From positions 37 through 64,036 of the forward strand of contig CAYJPA010000023.1 in NCBI GenBank assembly GCA_964371945.1: a stretch of 64,000 nucleotides of DNA, given 5' to 3'. Below the pieces are notes generated by a model. That model searched no databases. It worked only from the letters and a program-made list of their open reading frames with translations, and was not told the DNA's origin. Positions 8,712 through 18,874 of the stretch are shown piece after piece. Every line of letters begins with the position of its first letter. Positions within the stretch are counted from its first letter, which is position 1. This DNA is from an uncultured Sphaerobacteraceae bacterium (lineage in GTDB: Bacteria > Chloroflexota > Chloroflexia > Thermomicrobiales > UBA6265). Position numbers and translations under genes: made by a program.

Positions 8712-10832
8712 GTGGCCACGCGCCATGGGGGCGGATACCGGAAGGGAACATCGAGCATGATTCGACGACGACAAACGAGGTCGATGCGGCGGTGGGTATC
8801 GACGCTGGTCGCAGCATCAACACTCATCGCTTTGTTTACCGCGCAATCCGGAGTGCTTGCGCGCCTGCAAGCGACTCTAGACTCGCTGTCCCCTGCCACT
8901 GGTCACGGTTCAGTCATCGCGCAAGGTGTCGCCGAAATGCCGGTCGACCCGATCGCGTGGCGCGTCGTGCTTGACAGCGCGGAGCCACTCGAAACGGCGC
9001 AGCCGGTTGAGCGCGCACTTGGCTTTGTGGTGGCGGAACCGGATGGAGTCCATGTTGTGGATGTCTCGGCCGGCACGCAGGAGCGATTGGCACCGGGAGA
9101 AGCCTCATATGTCAGCGAAGGCGACGTGCAAACGCGCGCCAGCCTGACCGATGCGACCACATCGTATCTCCGCGTCGCGCTCGTTGGAGAAGACGAGGCT
9201 CAGGACCCAGGAAGCGATGAGCTCGCCTTTGGCGGCGAGCCATTTGCGGCGCCAAGTGGGCAACACGACATCGATCTCGTTCGGGATGTGCTTGCCGCGG
9301 ACGAGGAATCGCAGGTGGCCGGAGGCGACTATCCGGTGCTCGTGATCGCAACTGGAGGAGAGATCCGGTTACGTGCCGGAGGTGAACCGGTCACGCTCCT
9401 CGATGGAGAAGCAGCCCAGTTCACAGGTGATCTCACGATCACTGGAGTACGGGCCGATTCCTCATATGTGGCCGCCGTGATCGGTCCCGAGGTTCCAGTT
9501 CCGCCTCGAGCCTCTGGAACCATCACGATGGGTGTCTACGTTTGCCCCGCGGGAGTCGCCCCTGGCGATCTCGGCAACCCACTCGACACTGATGCAGTCG
9601 TCAACTGTGAAGCTGTGCCGGCTGGCGTGCCGACCACGTTGACCACGCCGGATGGCGATTCGTTGACGCTGGCTGACGCTGAAGAGGTCAGATCGGGCGT
9701 CTTTGCCTGGACTGCGCTTCCATTTGGCGAATATGTCTTCGAGGAAACGACAGATCTGCCGGCTGGAACCGGGAATCCCACCATCTACGACAGCGAGGGA
9801 ACACTCTGGATAAATGGAGATGCCCCGATCGACGAATCCGTCCCCGATCTGCACGTTGATCTTTTTCTCTTCCAGACCGGCACCGGTTCGATCACTGTCA
9901 CGTTCTACAACTGCCCCAGCGGTTGGTCACCCGATGGACTCGATCCGAGCGGTTGCGATGTCGTCACGGATGGAGTTGACGTCACGCTTACGAGCGGCGG
10001 CAACGGAGATCAGATGACCCTTGCGGATGCTCAATACGATGGTGATGCGTCATTTGTCTGGTCTGGTCTCGGAGTCAGCGAGAACTCGGACACGTTCTCC
10101 TCGGGTTACTACATCATCGAGGAAACAACGATGCCCGGGGGATTTAACGCGGTTGCGATGTCGGGCACGTACGTCTCCGATGGCGGCCAGGGGCTCGCCT
10201 ACGTCAATCTCAATCCAGACGAACCCGATGCGCGGATCGCGATCATGAATTGGATCACCGCGAATCCAGTGGGAACGATCACGCTCGACACCATCGTATG
10301 CCCGTCCGCGGAGAGCAACATGGAGTTTTGCACGCGCCAATTCGGACCAACCGGTGTTTCCGGTGTCTACATTCAGGACGACGGTGGCGAGAATGCTCCC
10401 TTGACCGAAGGAAATGCCCTGCAGGAGGGTGACGGTCCTTATGTTTGGGTAAATCTCCCGCTGGCTAGTTATTTCATGGACACCAGCGGTCTGACGCCGC
10501 CGGACGGCTATCAGATCATCGGCGCGGTGCTCACCCCAGACGGCGTCGGTGTCAGTTCAGGGATTGTGATCGACGAGAACATCTCAATCGCGAACATCGT
10601 GATTTTGCTCGCACCGATCGAAGAAGAGACCACGCCTGTTTCGGGAGCGGATACGGACGAAGATGGACTCGACGATGACGGCGAGGTCCAATTCGGAACG
10701 GATTCCACGAACCCGGATTCAGACAATGATTGCCATTTGGACGGAAATGAGATCGTCGCCGGGACAGACCCGCTGGATGCGGCTTCGTTCCCCGAAGGCG
10801 ACTGCGACATGATTGCCGATTCGGAGGGGTAA
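8712..10832 (+). CDS. Large secreted/surface protein: cupin-like N-region, three Cys-paired beta-sandwich repeats, C-terminal Ca-binding DxDxDG repeats
   Basis: Signal-like N-terminus; repeats GTITMGVYVCP, GSITVTFYNCP, GTITLDTIVCP each followed by a second Cys; tail DTDEDGLDD...GTD...DSDNDCHLDGNE...GTDP. Exact start uncertain (8712 or 8758). Confidence 0.75.
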   Translation: MATRHGGGYRKGTSSMIRRRQTRSMRRWVSTLVAASTLIALFTAQSGVLARLQATLDSLSPATGHGSVIAQGVAEMPVDPIAWRVVLDSAEPLETAQPVERALGFVVAEPDGVHVVDVSAGTQERLAPGEASYVSEGDVQTRASLTDATTSYLRVALVGEDEAQDPGSDELAFGGEPFAAPSGQHDIDLVRDVLAADEESQVAGGDYPVLVIATGGEIRLRAGGEPVTLLDGEAAQFTGDLTITGVRADSSYVAAVIGPEVPVPPRASGTITMGVYVCPAGVAPGDLGNPLDTDAVVNCEAVPAGVPTTLTTPDGDSLTLADAEEVRSGVFAWTALPFGEYVFEETTDLPAGTGNPTIYDSEGTLWINGDAPIDESVPDLHVDLFLFQTGTGSITVTFYNCPSGWSPDGLDPSGCDVVTDGVDVTLTSGGNGDQMTLADAQYDGDASFVWSGLGVSENSDTFSSGYYIIEETTMPGGFNAVAMSGTYVSDGGQGLAYVNLNPDEPDARIAIMNWITANPVGTITLDTIVCPSAESNMEFCTRQFGPTGVSGVYIQDDGGENAPLTEGNALQEGDGPYVWVNLPLASYFMDTSGLTPPDGYQIIGAVLTPDGVGVSSGIVIDENISIANIVILLAPIEEETTPVSGADTDEDGLDDDGEVQFGTDSTNPDSDNDCHLDGNEIVAGTDPLDAASFPEGDCDMIADSEG

Positions 10833-10910
10833 GGGCGTCAGCGGCACGCACACGTTTGCGTCGACATTTGGCGACAGGTATGCGTGCGCGTCGGCCAAAG
10901 CCTCTACCAC

Positions 10911-10935
10911 GGGAGCCCGCGGGTGGCTCCCCTAC
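10911..10935 (-). repeat. Single REP-like hairpin
   Basis: On the minus strand GTAG-GGGAGCC-ACCCGCG-GGCTCCC, lying between convergent genes. Confidence 0.6.
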
Positions 10936-10983
10936 GGTAATGTTCGCTTCCCTTCGTTTCTGAATTGGACCAATGGGCGTCGG

Positions 10984-11391
10984 TTAGGCTTCGTCCCAGA
11001 AAACGCGACGGAATTCGGCGGTGTCGTAATAACCGACGATGCTGATGATTTTGTTCTCGGCGACGCGGAAGACCGCCAATTGCTCCGAGATCAAATCCCG
11101 GCCAAGACGCTGGGAGAATTCGCGAACGACGAACTGAACCGCCGCCCGATCTTCGGTCGCGATGACGTCGCTGACTTCCCAACGGGCCTGTGGATATGAT
11201 GAAACGACCGAACCGAAATAGGCGACGATCTCTTCAGCCGGCCGGACCGGGGCGGAGTGCGGCAACGCACGGAATGCAGCGTACTCGGCCAGCGTCGCAT
11301 GAAGACGCCTGGGATCGCGCTCATCGATCGCGGCGAAAAATTCGCGAGCAAGCGTTTCCGCCAGGAACGGGCCCCGGAAGTGGTCGGTCAT
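10984..11391 (-). CDS. NTF2/SnoaL-like protein
   Basis: LAREFFAAID..D, short alpha/beta pattern, AVFRVAENKIISIVGYYDT. Confidence 0.8.
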   Translation of the reverse strand: MTDHFRGPFLAETLAREFFAAIDERDPRRLHATLAEYAAFRALPHSAPVRPAEEIVAYFGSVVSSYPQARWEVSDVIATEDRAAVQFVVREFSQRLGRDLISEQLAVFRVAENKIISIVGYYDTAEFRRVFWDEA

Positions 11392-11420
11392 GATCGCTGG
11401 TCAATCGTGCGCATGGGCGC

Positions 11421-12026
11421 CTACGATTTTCGAAGCGAAACTGGCACAAGGCGGAGCAACTCATCGAGATGCACTTGAGAAGCGGCGCTTACGCCGTCCC
11501 GTGCGCCGACTCGATCAAGTGTCAGATCGATCTCATACAACACATCGACATCGTGACTTGCCAGATACTCTGCCAGACCTCGAATCTGCCAATCATGCTC
11601 GCGCCGGCTCGTTCCGACCCGGCTCCAAGCACTATCGGGCAGGCTGCGTAAGAGCGAGCACGTGCTCTGACGCAATCTCCGGAACTCCGCCATGATCGAA
11701 AGCGAGCTGAGCGCATTCTGCTCCGGCGATGCGGCCGCGGGCAGGCGATCAAGATCGGGATTGGTCTCCATCGCGATCAGATGCAGCTTCGGAAAGATTC
11801 GTAACTCCTCGTCACGGAGACGAACCAACAATTCGCGAACGCTTGGTTCGCCTCGCCGAAGAGAACGTTCCAAGCGCGTGCGATCGTGAATCGGGGTGAT
11901 CCAGCGCGACAGATGATTGATCGTAAAGTGCAGGCGGATGATCAGTGAATCGTTACTCAAATCGGATATTTTCACATCCGCGGCCGTCGAGTTGCTGAGG
12001 ATTGGTTCGTGGGTCGCCGTTTGCAT
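11421..12026 (-). CDS. DinB family protein (divergent)
   Basis: GEPSVRELLVRLRDEE...EFRRLRQSTCSLLRSLPDSAWSRVG...LAEYLASHD helical-bundle pattern; His ligands incomplete. Confidence 0.7.
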   Translation of the reverse strand: MQTATHEPILSNSTAADVKISDLSNDSLIIRLHFTINHLSRWITPIHDRTRLERSLRRGEPSVRELLVRLRDEELRIFPKLHLIAMETNPDLDRLPAAASPEQNALSSLSIMAEFRRLRQSTCSLLRSLPDSAWSRVGTSRREHDWQIRGLAEYLASHDVDVLYEIDLTLDRVGARDGVSAASQVHLDELLRLVPVSLRKS

Positions 12027-12101
12027 GTTTGCTGCACCCCACCGCGACGAGCCGCGGCGTTCACATCTGTTGCCGGGAAATCCGGCGCCGTTACTACCGG
12101 A

Positions 12102-12584
12102 TTATGCCGCCAATGCGTCTCGCACTTGCTGCAGGTGTTCCTGATCGTGATCGCAAATATGATCGGCGAGCCATTGCAATGTGACCTCGCCGTAGTATCC
12201 GTGCTCGCCCGCTCGAGTCCATGATTCCGGCGGCAAGGATCGCAAGAGGTCGACTGTATCCGTACGAAGCCCTGAAAAACGCTCGAACGAATCGCTGGTA
12301 TCTTGCCCGCGGTAATCGCGTTCGATCGACCAGAGCGAATCGTCAAAACCGGCAAGATAGGGATGCTCTTCGGTGGAGGTCTTTCGAAGGCGCTCGATGA
12401 AGATCTCTTCCCAGTCGGCAAGGTGGGGGAGAATCTCCACGACACCCCAACCACCGTCGGATGCAGGACGGCTCAGCGCCTCGGGGCTATTATCGCCAAA
12501 TATCGCGCGGCCCAGTTCCTCCGGGAAGACCTCAAGTGCAGAAATGATCGTCTCGGGTGACCGCATTGGGTTCGCCACAAGCAC
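12102..12584 (-). CDS. DinB family protein
   Basis: GWGVVEILPHLADWEE...LLRSLPPESWTRAGEH...LADHICDHDQEHL. Confidence 0.85.
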   Translation of the reverse strand: MLVANPMRSPETIISALEVFPEELGRAIFGDNSPEALSRPASDGGWGVVEILPHLADWEEIFIERLRKTSTEEHPYLAGFDDSLWSIERDYRGQDTSDSFERFSGLRTDTVDLLRSLPPESWTRAGEHGYYGEVTLQWLADHICDHDQEHLQQVRDALAA

Positions 12585-12729
12585 TCCACCGTTGTCAGGT
12601 ACAAAAGAGATCGAAGCAAACTTACGTGCTCCCAGTCCGGCAGTAGCGCTTCGACTGGATCACAAGCATACAGGATAGGTGAACGGGCAGCGTCACACCG
12701 CTGAGCACGCTTCGCTTCCCAAATTGGAA

Positions 12730-13142
12730 CACCCGTCAAAGCGACCTCGACCGAGATTATGACCTCTGGCGATTCGACCTGCCAAACACGAATCACCGGC
12801 TCCAGTCGTTCAAACGACACAATCGCTATCCAGACCCGTGGGTAGAAGCTTCTCGAAGATCAGTGCTCGATGTCATCGCCGGCCATTTTGGATGACTGTG
12901 AACGATCGCGCCGAGCTGCCAGCCGCATCGTTCAAATTTGTGCAATGCAGCAACAACCTGAAGCGGATCCAAGGCGAATCTGGTAGTTGAGTGATCAACA
13001 TTGTCGCCAGGGAAGAGCGACTTAACTAGAGACGCCCGCTTGGGTCCGAAGCGAGCAGACCGCAAGATTTGTACGGATGACCGCTTCGGAGGTACCGAAT
13101 CGCCTGAACGAGGGTGGGTTTATCGATCGAGAGCAGATTCAC
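12730..13142 (-). pseudogene. JAB/MPN (Mov34, M67) metallopeptidase pseudogene
   Basis: Three frames join to give VNLLSIDK...HPYKSCGLLA / SLFPGDNV...FALDPLQ...AIVHSHPKWPAMTSSTDLREA / YPRVWIAIVS...VIRVW. HSHP...SxxD is retained, the usual EACG Glu is Lys, and there are two frameshifts. End approximate. Confidence 0.7.
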
Positions 13143-13254
13143 TTCACCGCGCACTACGTGTGCTCCCCATGCCCAGGAACGGCCAGGACCGAGGATCGCC
13201 TACTGTACAATCAAGCTCCGGAGATCCGCTGAATTCGTATTCTGGAGTAGACCA

Positions 13255-14859
13255 TTGTTCAACGTTCGCTTCAGTTCGCGATTCAGGCTCATCCTTTGTT
13301 TGATCGTCGTCTCCGCCGCCGTGAGTATCTCAGGCAATGGAAATGCCGCGACTCCCGGCCCGGGGGATGCCAATCCCGAGCTCTATGCACCGGTCCTCGC
13401 AGCGCAACGAGATGCTATCTACGCGCAAACGGAGGGCGATTTTTCGCGCTTCCAAATCGATGCCACCTTCTTCCCAGCGACAGAGCTCGAGCTTGCAATG
13501 ATCGAAGGCGGGGTGGATTTGCGGTTCGTCAACCAAACTCCAGATGAACTCGACGAGCTTTATCTTCGGCTGTACGCCAATGTCGACGAGTACGATACAG
13601 GCGCCATGTCGATCGACTCGGCTACCGCCGCGGGCGAGGAGCTCGAGACTGAGCTCTCGGTGGCCGGCACTCTTGTGACGATCGCGCTCCCCGAAGCGGT
13701 CGGTCCAGGCGAAGCCGTCGATCTCGAGTACACCTTTACGACGATCATTCCAACCGATCCGCTCGGCAGCTATGGCATGTTCAGTTACGACGCGGCGAGC
13801 GGAACCTATGCGCTGGCGCACTGGCAGCCGCTACTTGCGGGTTACGACCGCGAGATTGGATGGTTGCTCGATCCGCCGAGCAATTTCGGCGACCCTGTTT
13901 TCACGAACACCGCGCTGTTCGACGTCACGCTGACGGCGCCATCGGAATTCACATTCGTCACCACCGGCAGCGCCGCGGGGTCGGACCCGACGAACAATGA
14001 CACGACGACGCACCGCTTTGTCACGGGTCCGGTTCGCGATTTCGTGATGGCCGCCGATACCGATTTTGAAGTCGAGAGCGTGAAAATCGGGGACACAACG
14101 GTGAGTTCGTACTTCGAGCCGGGAAGCGTGGATGGCGGACTGGAGGTGTTGACCGCGGCCGCGCAGTCGCTCGAGGTCTATAACCGGCTGATTGGAGCGT
14201 ATCCATTTGAGGAGATGGACCTTGTCCAAATCGATCTTGGGAATGGTGCGGGAGGGGTCGAGTTTCCGCAGCTTATGTTCATTGGCTCCGACTACTACGT
14301 GAGCGACGGGGGCAGCGTCATTCCCCATTTTCTCGAGTATATCGTTGCCCACGAAGTAGGGCACCAATGGTGGTACGCGCTCGTCGGCAATAACCAGTAT
14401 CTCCATGCGTTCACGGACGAGGGAATCACGAACTATCTGACGACGGTCTATTTTGGAGAGGTCTACGGCGCGGCGGCGATGGACGAGCAAGTCAATTTCA
14501 ACCTCAAGGCGTCATATTTTTCATTGCTCTTCAATGATGGTGACCAGATCATCGATCAGCCGACAGACGATTTCCCGTCGCAGCGCTCGTACGGCACGAT
14601 CATCTACGGAAAGGCCGCGCTCGGTTTTGGCGCGATTCATGAGACGATTGGCGACGACGCATTTTTTGACGCTTTGCGATCCTACGCGAAGGAGTTCCGT
14701 TTCGATGTCGCACTACCTGAAGATCTGAAGGCCGCGTTTGAGGAATCGTCCGGTCAGAATCTGGACGAATTCTGGCGCCATTGGTTCGAGGCCGCCGAGG
14801 GCAGGGAAGAGTTCGATGCAGCGGACATGGCGAATCTCCTGAAGGAGATCGGGCGATAA
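13255..14859 (+). CDS. Secreted M1 family metallo-aminopeptidase
   Basis: GGVEFP, HEVGHQWW (HExxH), DEG, YGKAA; TTG start at 13255 after GGAG, signal peptide follows. Confidence 0.9.
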   Translation: MFNVRFSSRFRLILCLIVVSAAVSISGNGNAATPGPGDANPELYAPVLAAQRDAIYAQTEGDFSRFQIDATFFPATELELAMIEGGVDLRFVNQTPDELDELYLRLYANVDEYDTGAMSIDSATAAGEELETELSVAGTLVTIALPEAVGPGEAVDLEYTFTTIIPTDPLGSYGMFSYDAASGTYALAHWQPLLAGYDREIGWLLDPPSNFGDPVFTNTALFDVTLTAPSEFTFVTTGSAAGSDPTNNDTTTHRFVTGPVRDFVMAADTDFEVESVKIGDTTVSSYFEPGSVDGGLEVLTAAAQSLEVYNRLIGAYPFEEMDLVQIDLGNGAGGVEFPQLMFIGSDYYVSDGGSVIPHFLEYIVAHEVGHQWWYALVGNNQYLHAFTDEGITNYLTTVYFGEVYGAAAMDEQVNFNLKASYFSLLFNDGDQIIDQPTDDFPSQRSYGTIIYGKAALGFGAIHETIGDDAFFDALRSYAKEFRFDVALPEDLKAAFEESSGQNLDEFWRHWFEAAEGREEFDAADMANLLKEIGR

Positions 14860-14876
14860 CGGGACGGGAAGCGGCG

Positions 14877-16070
14877 ATGAAAGCGCGTTCCCGGCGTGCC
14901 GCCGGAACGGCCACGAATGCGCCAGGATCGATTATCTGGCAAGCACTCCTGATCGCGGGCGCGACCCGCTTGGTGCTCTTCCTTGTCACCTGGTTGTCGC
15001 TTCGCGCTTTTCCCAGATTCGCCTCATATCCCGAACAGTTGCCTGACAGCTTTTTGCCCGAGCATCCGTTCCTCGATGGTTGGGCGCGGTGGGATGCCGC
15101 GCATTATGTCGCCGTCGCTCAGCTTGGTTACGGTGATCCGGCGAGCCCAAGTCCACACGGGGGTCTCGGGTTCTTTCCACTCTATCCGTTGCTCATGCGC
15201 GCATTCGTCACGGCGACCGGGTTCGACAAAACGGCCGGCGCGTACGCGGCTGCCGGTATTGTGATTTCCAATGTCTGTTTTTTTGCGGCGATTGCGCTGC
15301 TGGCGAAGATCGCGTTGGAAGTCGCGGGCGAGCGAGCGGCGCTGAACGCGGTGCTGCTCTTTTGCGTCGCGCCGTTTGGTTTCTTCTTCAACGCGGCCTA
15401 CTCGGAATCACTATTCCTCCTGATCGTGCTGTCGGCGCTCTGGTTTGGACGGAAGGGGCAATGGTGGGCCGCGGGCGCGATGGCCGCGCTTGGATCCGCG
15501 ACGCGGCTGGTCGGATTAGCGATCGGACCAGCGTTGCTCTTCCTCGCCTACAAGCGAGGAGCGAAGCCCCGCGATCTGCTCGCTATCATGTTGCTGTCAC
15601 CGTCTGGATTGGTTGCGTTCTTCATTTACTGTGCGGTCAAGTTCGACGATCTTTTCGCCTACTTCGATGCTCAATCGGAATGGGGCGGTTGGAGAGAGCA
15701 TGTTTGGGATTATGTCGAATTGTTCGTGATTCACCCAAAGGACGCGATCGGCGCCGATAGTCGCCATTTGATCATCTTGCTCAACGTTGCGTTGCTGGCG
15801 CTCTTCCTCGCGTTTCTGCCGACGGTTTGGAAGAGGCTCGATCCGGGTACCGCGATGCTGACGACTTTGCTCGTCATCGGTCAAGGCGCGATCACTTGGG
15901 TATCGCTCGGCCGCTACCTGATGCCGGCGGTCGGCGTTTTCATCGCCGGTGGCATATTGCTGGTCCATCCTAAGCTGGCCGGCTGGCCGCGAGACACGAT
16001 CGTGGCCGGCAGCGCGATTTTGTTGAGCGCGTTGACCGTGCTCTACGCCCATGGATTCTGGGTCGTGTGA
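14877..16070 (+). CDS. GT-C membrane mannosyltransferase (PIG-V-like)
   Basis: RWDAAHY, GFFPLYPLL, AAYSESLF, about 10 TM segments. Confidence 0.85.
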   Translation: MKARSRRAAGTATNAPGSIIWQALLIAGATRLVLFLVTWLSLRAFPRFASYPEQLPDSFLPEHPFLDGWARWDAAHYVAVAQLGYGDPASPSPHGGLGFFPLYPLLMRAFVTATGFDKTAGAYAAAGIVISNVCFFAAIALLAKIALEVAGERAALNAVLLFCVAPFGFFFNAAYSESLFLLIVLSALWFGRKGQWWAAGAMAALGSATRLVGLAIGPALLFLAYKRGAKPRDLLAIMLLSPSGLVAFFIYCAVKFDDLFAYFDAQSEWGGWREHVWDYVELFVIHPKDAIGADSRHLIILLNVALLALFLAFLPTVWKRLDPGTAMLTTLLVIGQGAITWVSLGRYLMPAVGVFIAGGILLVHPKLAGWPRDTIVAGSAILLSALTVLYAHGFWVV

Positions 16071-16074
16071 GCGC

Positions 16075-17319
16075 TCACCCGCCTTCTTCAGGCGGCTTGA
16101 CGTTCCGGAACATCTTGAGAAGCAGAAGATCGTAGGTCGCTTTCAGGGCGCCGCCGATCAGTAGGGGCCAGCCAAACGGGGTCAAGCTCAACATCCATCC
16201 GGCGATCGATGGTCCCGCGGCCGCCGCGAGGGATCGCGGCACATTGGTGACGCTGGCGGCCGCCGGGCGCTCCTCGGGAGTCACCACCGCCATGACGTAC
16301 GACGTACGAGCCGGGACATCCATCGAGGAGAAGAGACCGCGGAGCAGCAGCGTGGCGATCGCAAACGGCAGTGACGGCATGAACGGGGTCAGCATCAAGA
16401 AGACGTTGGCCGGGATGTGGGTGTAGACCATGGTCCGAACCAAACCGATCTTGTTCGCGACTCGCGGCGCGGCGAGCTGCGAAAAGGCAGAGAGGAGCCC
16501 GGTCCAGAAGAAGATTGTGCCGGTGGTCGCGACAGAGAGATCGAAGCGCTGGAAGAGCCAGAGCGCGAGCATCGATTGCACGACGAACCCACCGGCAAAC
16601 GAGTCGAGACTGAAGAGCGCGGCGAGTTTGTAAACGATGGGTTTTGACGGACCGAGCGGAGCAGAAGCGTCTTTGCGCGCGGGCTCGATTGCGGGCGAGA
16701 GGGATTTGTAGAGCCAAAGCGTGACCAATCCCAATGCGGCATAAAGCAGGAACATCAAATCGAGCGCCCGCGGGAGCGAAATGGACGAGATTCGCGCCAG
16801 GTACTCAGGAAGACCTGAAATGAGTGATCCGAAGGCGGCGAGCAGCGACCCCACCAGGCTGTAGCGAGCGTAGAGCGCGGTTCGGGAAGACGCCGCAATA
16901 GTCCGCGGCAGCAACGCCTGCTCGGTTGGCAGGAAGATGCTGACATGGCCGGCCGAGGGATTGAGCGTTCCGATGAAGGCAACCACGAGCAGCGGCCAAA
17001 AATCGGACGCGACCGCAAATCCAATTCCCGTGGCTGCCATCAACACAGACGCTCGCAGCAGCAGCGCCCGCCGTCCCATGCGGTAGGCGACCAAACCAAC
17101 GAGCATTGTCAGCGCGGCTGAACCGACCAGCGTCGCGGTTACGACCAACCCAATTCTGGCTGTGCTCAATCCGAGCGTGGTGAGATGAAGCGGCAGGAGA
17201 ACGCTGACAAACCCGTCGCCGAAGGCGCGAACCGCTCGAGTACGCAACAAAACCGCGGCGTCGCCGGAAGCTCCCTCTGGCAACCACCGCCAGCGCTGGG
17301 TCGCAGAATGATCGGTCAT
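16075..17319 (-). CDS. MFS transporter
   Basis: RAVRAFGDG, about 12 TM helices, MDVPARTSYVMAVV; start taken at MTDHSA (17319). Confidence 0.9.
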   Translation of the reverse strand: MTDHSATQRWRWLPEGASGDAAVLLRTRAVRAFGDGFVSVLLPLHLTTLGLSTARIGLVVTATLVGSAALTMLVGLVAYRMGRRALLLRASVLMAATGIGFAVASDFWPLLVVAFIGTLNPSAGHVSIFLPTEQALLPRTIAASSRTALYARYSLVGSLLAAFGSLISGLPEYLARISSISLPRALDLMFLLYAALGLVTLWLYKSLSPAIEPARKDASAPLGPSKPIVYKLAALFSLDSFAGGFVVQSMLALWLFQRFDLSVATTGTIFFWTGLLSAFSQLAAPRVANKIGLVRTMVYTHIPANVFLMLTPFMPSLPFAIATLLLRGLFSSMDVPARTSYVMAVVTPEERPAAASVTNVPRSLAAAAGPSIAGWMLSLTPFGWPLLIGGALKATYDLLLLKMFRNVKPPEEGG

Positions 17320-17329
17320 CGGGGCATGG

Positions 17330-17868
17330 TATCCGAGATCGGAACGCTGCTCGCCGATGCCCTTCAACGAGACGGAAAGGATGAGGGTCGTGGTGAATTC
17401 GCCCGGCCGGCTGACCTGAATTTCGGTTCGCCAGCGGCAGCCCATCCCCATCCCGACTTTGACGCCGAGATAGCGGCCGTCTCGATCATGAACAGGTTTG
17501 CGCGCGAAGCCACCGTGGTCCATCTCGAGGTGGCGATTGATCAGCGTGACCGTTGCGTCGTCTACTGTACGGCCGTGTTCGCCAACAATCTGAACCACGA
17601 TGTTTTGTGGGGCGGCGCGATCCGAACTCAGCATGAGCGTGACGGTCAGCCCATTTCCGGCGGCCGGCGTTCAGATTCCTATCGATTGGCGCTCCACCGT
17701 GCCGGTATCAACCCCGCCCGGCTCAGGTGTTCCGGTCAGGAAACACCGCGGTGTGGGGGTTCCGGGAGCAAACGCGCCAAACGAGATCCCGCTCAGCGCG
17801 ACCCAACCAGCGATGATCGCCACCGCCGCCAGCGCCTATGTCAAGCGGTTTTGGCAGAACTGACGCAT
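17330..17868 (-). pseudogene. Secreted YtkA/FixH-like protein with two in-frame stops
   Basis: One frame from ATG 17868: MRQFCQNRLT*ALAAVAIIAGW...SIGI*TPAA...VDDATVTL...LEMDHG...DGRY...MGMGCRWRTEIQV; it runs on in frame into the MFS. Confidence 0.6.
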
Positions 17869-17951
17869 AGATCGTCTCCAGCAAGGGAATCAGGAGTCGT
17901 CCTCCTGCTTCCGCTAACCTGGAGACGCCGGTTTGGATCAATCGGGCTGGA

Positions 17952-18812
17952 CTACGGCTGGCCGATGGTCACACCGTGTTTAGCCGCGTAGGCGTCGATT
18001 AGGCCGCGGGCGATGCTCATCTTCATCGGGACTTTCGGCAGTGCATGCGCTGAGAACCAACGGGCATCCGCGAGCTCCAATCCGTCCGCCAGGACATTGC
18101 CGCCGGCGTATTGGGCGGTGAAACCGATCATCAGTGAATGCGGAAACGGCCAGGGTTGGCTCGCAACGTAGGTAATTCGATCGACTTTGATGCCGACCTC
18201 TTCTCTGATCTCTCGTTGAACCGCCTCTTCCATCGACTCGCCAGGCTCTACGAACCCCGCAAGGAGCGCAAAGGTGCCGTCAGTCGTTCGGGTCTGCCGC
18301 GCGAGCAGGACCTCGTCCCCGCGTTCAACCAGGGTGATGACCGCGGGCGACAATCCAGGGAAGCTCATCAAACCGCAATTCGGACAGCGCTTGGCTCGCT
18401 CGGTACCGGAGAACTCGGTCGGCGATCCGCAGCAACCGCAGAATTGATGCGTGCGATCCCATTCCAGTATTTGCGATGCGCGACCGGCCAAATCAAAGAT
18501 CCGATCGTCGACCTGTCCAAAGAGTTGGCGCAACCCTTGAAAGATGAGGCCCTCGGGCGGCTGGGTCGATTCGTGGAGCTCGACCGCGTAGACGTGAGAA
18601 CCATCGAGCTCTCCCAGGAAGTTGGTGCGGTTCGGGATCAGCGAGAGCTCGGCGAGATCGCCCAATCGGGGAATCGGGGTCTCGAAGGTACCACTGAGGC
18701 GGAGAAGAATCTCGCCACCGCGAAACGCGAACCACCACGAGTCGCCCGGCGGCCTCTCCGAGTCCCGTGGCTCGACGGCAGGATAAAAGACGCGGTCAAA
18801 TAGCGGCGGCAT
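17952..18812 (-). CDS. nudC: NAD(+) diphosphatase
   Basis: Zn finger CGCCG...CPNC, Nudix box AGFVEPGESMEEAVQREIREEVG, SQPWPFPHS. Confidence 0.95.
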   Translation of the reverse strand: MPPLFDRVFYPAVEPRDSERPPGDSWWFAFRGGEILLRLSGTFETPIPRLGDLAELSLIPNRTNFLGELDGSHVYAVELHESTQPPEGLIFQGLRQLFGQVDDRIFDLAGRASQILEWDRTHQFCGCCGSPTEFSGTERAKRCPNCGLMSFPGLSPAVITLVERGDEVLLARQTRTTDGTFALLAGFVEPGESMEEAVQREIREEVGIKVDRITYVASQPWPFPHSLMIGFTAQYAGGNVLADGLELADARWFSAHALPKVPMKMSIARGLIDAYAAKHGVTIGQP

Positions 18813-18874
18813 TCACGAGATCCTGTCGAACAAGCTCGGAGCGGCCAGACTGTTGTGATTGTACCCGCAGGCGA

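Noticed and set aside
16075-17634. 519-aa MFS with long N-terminal extension
   Set aside because: The extension is the tail of a YtkA-like pseudogene; the MFS most plausibly starts at 17319.
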